The position numbers were made by a program, and so were the translations under genes. Under the pieces are notes generated by a model, which saw nothing but the letters and a program-made list of their open reading frames with translations, made no database searches and was not told the DNA's origin. From the NCBI GenBank assembly GCA_012295275.1, contig CM022668.1:620001-684000 (forward strand): a stretch of DNA of 64,000 nt, written 5' to 3'. The stretch's first letter is position 1. Each line of letters begins with the position of its first letter. This DNA comes from Chrysomallon squamiferum (lineage: Eukaryota > Animalia > Mollusca). Below, one piece after another: positions 28,604 through 41,462 of the stretch.

Positions 28604-30509
28604 AACACAAATAGGTTGATACAGTAATTGATAAAAGACAGCACAGCAAACTTAAATAGGCAAATAAATAAATAATACTCAGAGAGATAAATGAATGATA
28701 CATATAGGTAACTGTATACAAAGATAGAGAAATGAAAGACACAGAATTAGATAAATAAGAGACTGCTGATGAAATAATATAAATAGTATATTTGATACAG
28801 CTGGGTATACAGTTCATAGAGGATTATAAATGATAAATATAAACAGATGAGGTATAATTTAGATTATTGTTGATAAAAGATTGTCAGATATTTTGTTTCT
28901 AGAATTATGGATATAGTTGAGTTCAAAAATGTTTAAGACATACAAAAACAGATTTTTATGTATAGATCGTTGATAATTATCTCCCTTCCTTTAAGCTGTT
29001 TCTGTTTGATGTTTGATCTTTTCAATTGAAAATCTGTTATTATTTTAATTTTTCAGATGAAATGTTTAACAGCTGGAAATCTTGTTGTTACCATGGTAAA
29101 GATGGATGTTTATTTTCTGTTGTTTTGTTGACAATAAAGTCATTTCACAGTTTTGGATTTGTAAACTTTTGACATTCTTCTTCAGAACTGAAATTTTTGC
29201 ATAAACTGCCTCAAAATATTTGTTTTTAAGGTTTATTTTTTATTTATTTATTTATTTATTTATCAATTTTTTATTATTATTACTTCATTTTTTTTTTTTT
29301 ACTGCTCATGTAAGGTAAATATAATGTTGTCCTGTAAGGTAACCCAGACCCATTATTGTGGACTGTATGTTTACATTTTTAACATGACTTAAAAGTTCAG
29401 TGAGCCAGTTGAAATCACGAATGTCAGTGGTAACAGAAGTATATCTTGTTTTTTTAATTATTATTTTTCTTAACTTAAAATAGAAATCTACAAGTTAAAA
29501 TAATGTTTAAAAAGAATTTTATACATTATGACAGTGCCTGCCAGAACTGATCATATTTGTATTTTATGTAAATTTGTATCATGGATGTAAAAATCATTCC
29601 CTTCACTTTCAAATGTATACAGAAATACTTACAACGGTATACAGAAATACTTACAATGTAATTGGTAATTTAATATTTTAAATTTACAACAAACAATTCT
29701 AATTTATCTACAACTAAGACGGTTTTCCTGAAAATAAAATTACAGAAACATTTGATAACACTGACAGGCATCTAGGAAATCCTATAAAGTATTTGAATTT
29801 GGTGCTTGTATTTAATAATGAGAAGACGAAGTAATAATAATAATACAGTGATGATAATGATGATAAATCAATAAATCATTTGTTATGTTTATATGAAAGT
29901 AGTGATATCTTTGTAGCAGAAGTCCATTGAAATGCAGAATATGTACATACTGAGAAAGTTTACAACTGTGGTTTTACTTGCTAATAGAAAATTCAGTATC
30001 CTCTTTATGACTCGTGCACCAGGTTGGGTTACATTTTTATTTTTTATTTTTTATTTTTTTTTAATCCTTCATCAATATTTTCTCTAGTATGGCAGCATCT
30101 CTATTTTGAATTTATAGTTGTTACAACAAAATGGATATTTGTTTCGTGTAATAAATGGATGTGTTTTACATCTCCAAAAACATACATTGTTCTATTAATT
30201 ATTTTCATTTTGTAACAAAGCACAGTTTGCTACTCGGTTATTCATGTCACGTGATTCAGTTGGCGTTGAAAAAAATTAAGTATTAAAAGTACACGTTAAC
30301 TATGTTATATTTTTTAAAATTATTTTTCTGCAGGCAGTTTAAAAATAGACAATAATCAACATTTCGTTAAAGCGTTGCACGTTACGACGCAGGGTGGAGG
30401 GAGAACACAATTACATTTGGTGGTTGCAGTGTCTGATGGGGGTCTGGAAGTTCAGTTGCGAAAAATGTACGTGCTTAAAACCTGGAAGGTAAAAATAAAA
30501 TAAGTACCA

Positions 30510-31486
30510 CAATTTCTGCATATCACTCACAGATAACAGCGATAAATCCGACTAAACCGTCTTCTAATAAAAACAAAATAGGAATGCAAACACTGGATTT
30601 GTAAAAATGTGCGATATTTAGGCCTACATCACCCTCATAAATATATAAAATAAATTATTAAGTTATTTTGTTCTGAATTAAATTGCTAGAGTGACGATAA
30701 CAAATTAGTAAATAAAATAAGTGGAAAACATAAACAAACAACAACTCAGTATTTAAATCAAATGGTAATTGTATTATTTAATTGTTTTGATCGTCTGTAT
30801 AACTAAATTATCATCATTGTCATAATTATATCCATTCAGTCATACATTATAAACATTTATTCATTTTACTTATGTTAAATGCAATAAAACGAAAATAAAA
30901 TATAAATGTCACCTATGAAGATTTATTGTAGATTTCGTTGGGTTAGTGCTGTGTTACTGTGAAACAGTTATACACCTGATTTCGTGAGTCACCTTCTAAA
31001 AACATGACCTAACTGTACTAAATATATACTTTTATAATATATTTAATAATAATAATAATAATAACTAGAGCAACAACAGAAGCAGCAACAACAACAACGG
31101 TAGTAGTAGTATTTAGAGAGCTCTAAATTTTAATATTTAATAATGTTGTTTTTCCTTAGTTCGTTTATTTCTTTATCTATTTAAGTTATTCTGTTCTATT
31201 TTATTCTATTTATTTATTCATTTAAAAGTACTGAAGATATTTCGCTGTCTTGTCAGTATATAGAAAATAATTTCCAGATAAACTTAATTGTCTTTTTAAA
31301 TGTCCTTTTCTTATTTACTAATCAAAAGTTGGTATCATCGAAATCTTCTTTAGTTTCATCTTTATTACTACAACAACAACAACATCAACAACTACTACTG
31401 CTGCGTTTGTGCGGCTATTATCATTAGTAGTAGTATTAGTGTTAGTATTGCATTCATTTTTATAATAATTTCTGAAAATAATATTC
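30510..31486 (+). repeat. Left arm of ~1-kb inverted repeat (partner 41463-42610)
   Basis: 30864-31486 is a near-identical reverse complement of 41463-42136. 30510-30850 is a clearly more diverged reverse complement of ~42170-42610. Confidence 0.95.
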
Positions 31487-32243
31487 GTGAGTCACCTTTT
31501 AAAAACATGACCTAACTGTACTAAATATATACTTTTATAAGCATATGAAGAAGAACAATAGCAACAGCAACAACAATAACAATGATAATATTACTCCTCT
31601 TTATTATGAAGCTGCAGTTGCTACTCTACTATTACTACTACTACTACTGTTGAAAATGTTAATATTAGTATTTCACGTTAATAATCAGTTTGTTGCTAAT
31701 GCTATTGTAATTGCTAAAGTAACTTATCTAGATTCCACTTTTACGTTAAAAGAAGTATCTTTATAATTGTCGTAACCTATAGTAACACGGTGACGTCATA
31801 TAATGCTATAACGCTAGAACAGCATTGAAATTGTCGTCGTCGTTGTTGTTGTCACAAAATACACGGTTTCATTCACAAGCAAATAATGTGTATCTGTATG
31901 TTAGTAATAAAACTTCAAAATAGAAAAACTGGGCAAAGTTAGTTAGCTGTATTTAGCGAGCGCTAACAAAATGTCAACATATGATACAAGTTTAATTTGA
32001 TGCGATATATCACAATAAAATGTGATTGTACTTGTAATGCAATTCACATAATAGTCCAAAAATCAATATATATAAAGCCAGCAATAATTTTAAAAAATCA
32101 TATTAAGAAACAATAAACAAACAAAATAAGAAAGAAAAAATATATATAACAGTGTAATTTAATTATTCTAAACTTTAAATGAAAAAAAAAAAAAAAACGT
32201 TCACTTATTATTTATTTATTTTTACTATTCACATATTGAGTTA

Positions 32244-32299
<56 letters not shown>

Positions 32300-33002
32300 T
32301 TAGGAACAAATAAGAACAACACCCAACACTGTAACAATAGTAAAAACAATATTAAATAAATAAATTATTAAGGATATATCAATGACATTTACGCATAAAT
32401 TTCAAATAAAGTGTGTATTTTATTATGTACTCAGTAGAGCATGTTTGAATTTATCTGTTGTAACTATACTTATGTTTTATGCAACATGCATATTATTATT
32501 ATTTTTATTGTCGCTGTTATTATTATTATTACCACAGACTTCGTTTTATTTTATATTTTTGTTAAATTGTTTAGTAATATATATTATATTATATTGATCT
32601 TCAGTTGTACAGCTGACCACAGAACATAAAGGGTTAACGCTACTACAGTAGTCTGACATTTAAGTATTATACATGATATCAGAGTATTCAAGAACATAAC
32701 AAATACTGAGACGTAAGTGACCCGGAATACAAACTGACCATAGACCACATAGAAATTACCTGCTATAATTATAGAATTCTGTGTATAGCTATAAAATACC
32801 AGGGGTTAATGCCACGTAGCCTTCTAATTTCTGGTATATGTTTAAAATCTTACCACTGTATACGAAGGGTTAACGTAACATTCGAGGACTCTAGTTGACA
32901 TTTTAGCACCGTTATATCTCGGTCGACTATCAGTAACCCACTTTCGTCCATTCATATCAGAAGCGAGCAATCTGATTGGCTGAACGACCGTCTGCTGCAA
33001 AA

Positions 33003-33013
33003 GGGGATTCCCC
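33003..33013. promoter_or_regulatory. Palindromic NF-kB (Rel) site GGGGATTCCCC with an upstream reverse CCAAT box
   Basis: AAGGGGATTCCCCTT at 33001-33015 and CTGATTGGCT at ~32972, in a locally GC/CpG-rich patch. Confidence 0.45.
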
Positions 33014-33397
33014 TTGTTCCGAGAACTGCATCTGTCACCAGAAACTAGAGCAACGCCTTACATGCTGCTCGAGTGGTGAGGGTCGGTACAGTGGAGGTGT
33101 CTAGACGTGGAGGGGTGGTGCTAATTAATTATTCATATCTGATTATATTTAAAGCATATTAAAATAATTTTTTTATTTGTGTATACATTTACTTGTTTGA
33201 GTTCTAGTGAATGGAATTATCCAGTAAAATATTAAAAACAATATTGAATAATTTAAATAATAATAAATCGAATGAACTTTCTACCACAAATATTTTAATA
33301 TATCTAGATATTTGTTTCCTGCAGAATATCAGTATTTAAACAAATCTAAATAAAATAATATTAAATTTTGTTATCTCTTTTTAGTAGTTATCTTTCT

Positions 33398-33451
<54 letters not shown>

Positions 33452-33515
33452 GTTCATTGCATATCAAAATGCCAAATCATTTTATTTTAAAGATTATGTT
33501 AATAATTATGAAACC

Positions 33516-33546
<31 letters not shown>

Positions 33547-33907
33547 AAACATAAAAAAAGTCTTACAAAATAGAAAAAAAGAAAAGAAAAAAAGAAACCT
33601 ACAGTAAAAATATAAACATTTGACCTGAGATCACAGTTCAGTCACGAATACTGAACGGTTCAGTGATTACTAAATAGGCTTAAACTTCCGGTACATCTCC
33701 GTCACCCTCAGGGCTATTTGTCATGACCGAGTTTTATTAAAAGTGGAATTTGTAAAATTTATTGTGTCGCTATATTAATAATAATAATAGCTAAGTAATA
33801 AAAAACAAAAGATAACCGATTTAGTCAGTTGAAGATAAACTTTTAGAGGTTGTAGCGGAAAACATAAACAGTAGTCCTAGATGTAATAGTAGTAACACCA
33901 GCAGTAT

Positions 33908-33975
<68 letters not shown>

Positions 33976-35019
33976 ACAATAGTAGTAATACTGGTTGTAG
34001 TGACAGGAGTAGTAATACTAGTAGTAGTGGTAGTAGTAGTAGTAATACTGGTTGTAGTGACAGGAGTAGTACAGCAAAGGTAATAGCAGTAGTAGCAGGA
34101 GGAATAAAAGTAAATACATAAAATAATCGAAGTATAAACTGAAACAAGACAATACCATATTTAAAAATAAATGTCAAATAAAAGTAAAATGCTGCTTCTA
34201 GTATTCATATTACTACTTTCTCCCCCCTTCCTTTCCTTCTCTGTGTATATCTGAAATGCAATGTTATTTTAAAATTGCGGATGTTTACGTCTTTTAAAAA
34301 ATTAAATAATCTTTTTTTGACAGCTTGGCTGCAGTTTGCATGACTGAGTTCAGCAGCTTCGCGCTTTTCAGTATCTGCGTCTGTAGCATTCAATAAAAAG
34401 TAGAAAAAGATTAAACAAAAATTAATATTTATTATTTATATATACGATATAAAAAGTTTACTTATTTGATTAATTTTTGCTCTTTTATTTATCTATTTAT
34501 ATGTATAACTATTTCATTATTTCTTTTAAATTAACTCATTTAGCTAATATATCTTCTTTCTTTCTTTGTCTGTATTAGAGTAAAAGTAAATTTTGCTAAA
34601 TATATGTTATTATCATTAGTCAACGTTGGTTAAAGTATAACTATTCCATACCAGCAAAAACCGATATCTCAAAGGCAGAAAGGTCTCCTGCATGGTGAGA
34701 TCGTTTCTTGTCTCTGGTCGATAGATTGCAAAATAAAATGTCTAACAACTGTACTGACGTCAACGGTATTGACAATTTTCTCTTTTTTCGGTAAACGTTA
34801 ATCCTGGTTGAGTTATGTGACCTGGTCAGTGTAACGCTGACACTGATGTGACAATAGCACAGCTAATTTCTAACTATGTACGCCGTCCACTTTGCAGCTG
34901 TCTGTTACATGCAGTTATGTAATTTTTCTATTTATTTATTTATTATTTTTCTTATTTTTTTATATTTTAATTTTTATTTCTGTATTGTATTATACTCAAT
35001 AATTTGAATGGTGCGTCTA

Positions 35020-35163
35020 CACCCTTGCTGCTATAGAGTAGACCATGAAATGTTAACAGCGGGTTTCTCACTGGTTTTGTGACTTGTTCTTAATCCGATG
35101 CCACATAACCGCAAATAAAATGTTTTGACTGCTTCACTCACTAAAATATTTCATTCCTTCCTT
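35020..35163 (+). mobile_element. Second decayed SINE 3' portion (same family as 27.3 kb)
   Basis: cccttgctgctatagagtagaccatgaaatgttaacagcgggtttctc...ccacataaccgcaaataaaatgttttgactgc...aaaatatttcattccttcctt. Confidence 0.6.
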
Positions 35164-36493
35164 TATTTTAGCTTATTATATTGTACTATATTGTGATGTA
35201 TTTTTTGTATTGTGCTATATTTTACTGAATCTTGCTGTATTATACTGCCAATAATGGAATGTTCCTTAACTGTGTAGAAGGCTTCTAGATCGATATAACT
35301 GTTGGATGTCATATATCTATCCCAGTGTGTTGAAATTTTGATTAATAAAAATTTTAATCATTAGTTATTGCATATAGCTGTTTACAGAAAATCAAAATTC
35401 AGTGTAAAAACTGAACAGCTGTTTACAATAATAGTAAAATCCTATAAGCCTCTATCTGGCATCGAATTAATAATATTTCAACAAAAAAATAGTAATTTAC
35501 AAAGCCAATATTTTAGGAATGCAGGTAAAAAAAAATATTAGCAGCAGTAGAAATTATAAATTTAGCATCTTAGGTGTGACGTAACATAAATATCGTAATT
35601 CTCAGTTAGCTATGACAGATTTCATTGCTTTCACTCTGTAACTTGCTTGGTGAACGTCACTCACAAAATATTTCATTAATAATTTTGTACATATTGCTGT
35701 ATTTATTTTTAATTTAATGTTTTCTTTAAATATGTATTTTGCATCAAGTATGTATATATAAATATGTGCGTGCGTGATATGTCTGCGTGTGTCTGTGTAT
35801 GTTTAAATAGCAAATAACAATGAATATGGTAACAGATAGTTTATTACCAAATTACATTTTGAGGTATCCTCCAGTTTAGTGCACAAACAAGAAATATCTT
35901 TTTAGTGCACGTGCTGCCAGACGAAAAAAAAAAAAAAGAAAGAGAAAAATAGAAAACAAATTGCCATCGTTTTAGATTACTGAAGTATGCAAAACGTAAT
36001 ATTAGTACCTTACCCAGCATACAGATAGATCTTGAATAATACTTATATCACACACAAATATTAATATACTGATTAACACAGCATCAGGATTCATGTTAAT
36101 AAAAAAGCAAAGTAAATTTTATTTGTACATCTATGCTTATGTGAAACATTAAAATATTCAAAATTTTCTTCAGTGCGTGTGCTAAATTAGTTCATACCTT
36201 AGGGCTGATAAGCTCATTTTGTATTTTGAACGCAAATTGTCAAGGTTTATTTCGGACCATCTGTCTCCTTAAGACTTCTCAAATGGTTTAATACGTTAAT
36301 GCGAATACATTTGATAATATAACGATTACTATGATAACACAACGTGTAAGAAAAATTGCATTGTTAGTATGTTACAATACATATCACTTTGTGTCTGTAT
36401 CACATCTCTTCCTAAACAAACCAAAAAAAAATACATAAAAGAACCTTCCCCTTGATATCGCTATATAACAATATCCTATACGAATAGTATATA

Positions 36494-39400
36494 TCAGGGA
36501 ACTGTTCCCATGACAACGCTAGATAACAATGACGGCATTAATGTAGAACAACTGTCTGACAGAACCGAGTTGCTCATTCTCTGTAATAAAGGCTCTGAAA
36601 CACCGCGCGATTTGGTGGATGTATCTTGAGAATTAATTGTTCGTACCTCAGTTAAACACATCTTTTCCCTGTCGGAAGATTGGCAACATATGCTGCTGCT
36701 ACCATGTTGCTGACATGGAGAATGTAGTGATGATGTTTGTTGTTGCGGTGTTTCTACTCGTATTTGTGATTCATCTTCAAAGTTTGAGCCCTGCTTACTG
36801 CTGTCTCTGGTTGCCGTAGCAACAGAAGAATGATCAGATCTTGTGTCATTCAAGTTGGAGATAAGCATTTGTCTCTCCTTGACTTCTGCTTCTTCCATTT
36901 GTGACGTTATACCGGATCCCAAACAATAATCTGATTCCATTACCAAAGAAGGTGTTTTCTCATTATCGTCAGGAAGTGTAAGGTTCATGGAATCAGCTGT
37001 ATCAGAATGCTTTGACATGCGACTGTTCGGTCCGTTGTCAGACAGAACCGAATTGTTCAAACTGTGATTTTGAGCTGAATGACGAAATCTCGTGGCTGCA
37101 CTTCCGGAACGCCTGGTTGTTCCGGGAAAGCTGTAAGATCTCGAAGAGAGCTGGAAATCTCTGATGCTGCTGGAAGGTGGATCAGTGGTAGAAGAGGAAT
37201 GTATGGCTGCCGAAGTGGACCTATCAAAGGCAGAAAAACTATTACAACGAGAAATATTGTTTTTGAACGCTGAATTTGCTGAATTATCGTAACTGGTCTT
37301 GTTTGATATAAAGTTGTAACTGTTCTCAGTTGTTCTATGAGGGTAGGTGTTCTCATTAGTTATTTGTTGGTAACTGTTGTGGAAATTTGTCATTATTTCA
37401 GAACTGTCTAATGCAGCAGGTTCAAACAATGTGGTTTTGCTGAGAGAACTTGTAGACAAGTCTCCTGTAGTTCCTGTTACAGTTAATGTTTCATGTTTGT
37501 CAAAATGATGAAAACCTTTCAAGATTTCGTCATTTCTATGTAGATTTGAGTCATGTCGTTGTTGCATAGAAACAATTAATTCATTAAAACCTTTCTCTCG
37601 CAGAGGCTGTGATCCTAATGCTGATTCTTCTGCTGCTGATATTTCTACTACTTCACTGATCTCTCCTGCCGGTTCTTTTTCTTGTGTCTCAGCTGGTCTA
37701 ACATCATCAGACACTATATTATTCTGCAGTTCAGATTTTTCTTCCATCTCGACCAACATTTCTTGCTGCTCAGACATGTTTGGATTCTCAGCGAGGTTTT
37801 GGACGTTGGAAACTTCAACCCGGAGTCTGTTTGTTTCTGTAATGTTGTGTAATGTTGCTGATGTGTCACTTTGTTGAGACAAACATACACCATTGTTCAT
37901 CACAGACTGCTGATTTTGATGTTCTTGTTGTTGATACTGATATTGCTCATAATGCTCTTGCATATTTTCTTGCTTATAATTCTCCAGTGATAATTTTTCC
38001 TGCTGGTCCTTTTTTTGTTGTTGCTCTTGATAATGCTGCTGTGATAGCTTTTGTTGATTTTGTAAAGAGTCACTCCTGCCGGTGTTTACACTGTCAACGG
38101 TTTCTACACAACTATCATCCTCAGTCATAGTTTCCTTTTTGTGATTTTCAAGAATGTTTTTCACTACGTCAGGAGCGATTCTGGGCTGGATATACAAACC
38201 ACACCTATTATTAAGCATAGTGGATACTGAGTCTATTTCCACCTGGGCATCGTAGACATTGTCAAGATACTTAGTGCTGATCATGCGGAGTTCGACAAGG
38301 ATGTTGACGATGCGAGCAAACATGAGCGAGCCGTCGCCGTGGTTGAGCAGCAGCTGACATTTGAGAGCCATACAGAGATCTGTCTCCAGATTGTCCAACA
38401 GTCTGTTCGTCTTTACACCCTGTCTGTCTGTAGATGAAATATAGTGTAACAAAGTCATACAGACTTAATTGTTGAAAAATTGAAAAACAGAGATTGAAAA
38501 CTTTTTTGGGAGAGAGAAAAAAGACAGAGAAAGACAGAGTAATAAATAATGAAAGAGAGAATGAGAAAGCCACAGAGGAAGAAAGAGGGAGAGAAAAAGA
38601 ATGAAAGAAAGAGAAAAAATAAGAGAAATGACTATATAGTATGATATTAGAATAATGACCAAATAATCTTTTTGAGTAAACAGAAAGATTACAAAATATT
38701 TACCTGGTGTAAACAGAATCATAGCACACAACAGTGATATCTCGACATCTGTCAACTTCAGTTTCTTCATCTTTTGTCGAATTTTACGAAAAGAGTCAAA
38801 TATTTCCCCGAACAATCCATATTTTGTCCAGTCTTCTCCTTCAATCCTGAATTTTAATTTATCATCTTCCCATGCGTTCTTCTCGCACTGCACGTGCAAG
38901 GAGTCGTGTATGGCGGCCATTTCCAGAATACATTCCTTAATGAGGATTCTTTGGTCCTCAAAATTGAGGTCTAGGAATGAGGGAATCTCCATGGCGAAAG
39001 TGGAAACGAATCGAATAATAACAGATAAATAGCGCAAGTAAACCTTGTTAGAGTCAGCCGGAGTTTCTAAAAGTTCAATCTGAAATTCAACCGAACAAAA
39101 GGAATTACTATCCTTCTGTTGCCTTACATTCTGGTTCATATTTTATAACTGAAGTTTCTAATCTTGAACACATAATTACCATGAGTTAATGAGAATAAAT
39201 TACATCTCAAGTCCGTATAAATGATACGAGACAGGAAGTGTCTGCTCTGAACGACATCCTTCAGCAGCAAATAATATGTTATATGGCTCATCGTCTGGAT
39301 AGAACGGGAAATAACTCTGTTTCGTTGATCGAGTTAATAATAATAATAATAAAAAGAAGAAGAAGAAGAAAGGAACAAGAAGAACAACAATAACAGTGCC

Positions 39401-40789
39401 AAGAAAAAAAACAAAGCTAAATAAATGAATGTTCGACAATTAAAGTCAATTCAGTGATGTCTGGAAACCAATTATAATTCTTATGATAACGATAAAGAAA
39501 CTGGAAGATGAAGATTATGGTAATACTGTAATAGTAATAAGGATGATTAAAATGATGATGGTTGTAATGATAATGGCGATAATAATAATGATAATAAATT
39601 GATGTAGAGGGAGATGCTGAAGATGATGATGATGATGATGACAAGAACGATCATGAAATACCTCGTTTGGAGAGAGATGTTTCGCAACATCATCGTACAA
39701 TCTGACAGCCGTTTTGAATGCACCGTGGATGTTGAGGACCATCTGTTCGTTTTTAACTTGTTTGTCGACATCCACAGAACCGCTGCTATTCTGAGGTAGG
39801 ACGAAGAAGTGGCTGCTTGTTGGTCGGTCTTTCTTAGGACACCGCCCCAGTCGTACCGCTGATTGATATAAAACGTAAATCTATGTTTGTTGTCAGAACT
39901 GTTATAGTGTGTGAATGCGTGTGTATGTGTCTGTCTCTCTGTTCATCGGTCTGTCAGTCGGTCGGTTTGTCTGCCTAAGTAAGAGTGTATAGTCGTATCA
40001 TTACAGAAAAAGTATTTTTGTTGTGTATATAGGTGTAGTTATCTGTACGTTATGTAACAGATTAAAAGGTTGTGTAGAACTGTTATACTAGATGCCTATG
40101 TAAAACTGTGATAGTAATGTAGTAGATAACTGCGTTATATAATGAAAGACTGAACGGTTAAAGGCGCAGAGGTAAGTACGTGCCCACCTTCGTGTGACAT
40201 CCCTACAGCGACACATTTGTTCAGACGACAAAACTGGCAACGGTTGCGGCTGACTCGCATAATTAAACAGCCCTGAGGACTGTCACATTTTTTATAGGTC
40301 AGGTTGTGACGTATCGTCCGCCTGAAAAATCCCTGCAAGTAGAAAATGGAAAACACAGTACAACTATCATGTAAATTAATAATTAAAACGTAATACAAGT
40401 TCCTGCTGCAATTGATAGCATGGTTAATATAAAAAAATATAATAATAATAATAATAATATTCAATATTATTGTTGTTGCTGTTGCTGTTGATGCTGCTGT
40501 TGCTGTTATAAAAGTATATAGCTGTTGCTCTTGTTGCTTTTGTTTTATTTCGTTTTGTTATTATCTAAGATATTGCTTTCCTCTACATCATTATTTAGTT
40601 AGTTAGTTAGTTAGTTCTTCACCTTGCAGCCTTCACATGAAAATACTCCATAGTGAAACCCTGACGCTTTGTCCCCGCACACACGACACAAGATATGTCC
40701 ACCAGGGGGAACTCCTAAAATAAAATGTATTTAATAAAATGTGAAATGTAGTATTAATCTTGACACATACATCACGAAACGAAAAATAC

Positions 40790-40837
<48 letters not shown>

Positions 40838-40943
40838 ATACATCAAATAATTAATTAAATTTTAGCAATTATGTAAAATTAGTTATGATGTTAAAATATT
40901 AAAAATACTTCTTGTTTTATGTTTTATTGCAATAACAACAACA

Positions 40944-40980
<37 letters not shown>

Positions 40981-41225
40981 CATAAAATAAAAAATACTAA
41001 GTAAGTGAATAAATAAATATATAGATTTATTATTTAATTAATTATTTACATTACACAGAAGAAGAAGAAGAAGAATGAAAGACAGAAAGATTGAAAGAAA
41101 GAAAGAAAGAAAGAAAATAAATTAATAAAATAAGCATGGGTTTTAGAATTACCTTTCTGGTTATCCCAGAATCGCTTATTCATTTTTGGCATACCTCCAT
41201 CATCCAGCATGATGTCATCTGTCAT
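36494..41225 (-). CDS. Nuclear receptor subfamily 1 (E75/Rev-erb-related) with very long C-terminal F domain, 6 coding exons, 938 aa
   Basis: Exons (minus): 41225-41153, 40714-40623, 40332-40188, 39858-39662, 39079-38704, 38427-36494 (2817 nt, phases consistent). [32 protein letters not shown]...[31 protein letters not shown]-box [13 protein letters not shown] signature [21 protein letters not shown], plus [21 protein letters not shown] and LVELRMIS. Confidence 0.93.
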
Positions 41226-41462
41226 ATGACTGCGACTGAAACAAATAATCGTTGTTATTGGCAACCCACAGATGAAAGACACATATATTTATTTATTTAT
41301 TTATTTATTTATTTATTCTAATTATTTATTTATTGTTTTTGTTGATTTGTTTTGTTTTCATTATTATTTCATTTTGTTTTATTTATATTGAAGACCATGA
41401 GTATTGAAAATGTACTAAAAGCTGGGGGAAAAGTCTAGCTGAATTTAATATGTCAAATTATA

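Noticed and set aside
28604-29140. Possible 3' UTR intron or alternative last exon of UCHL5 (acceptor TTTCAG at 29056)
   Set aside because: The donor (AG|GTTGAT) is weak and the alternative peptide has no UCHL5 similarity. It cannot be supported without transcripts.
31540-35000. Search for an inverted paralogue or pseudogene of the nuclear receptor downstream of the left repeat arm
   Set aside because: No zinc-finger or LBD-like exon remnants were recognisable on the + strand.
36637-38130. Antisense and alternative-frame ORFs overlapping the receptor's last exon (and likewise 48625-49806)
   Set aside because: These are shadows of a long real coding exon, with no independent motifs.
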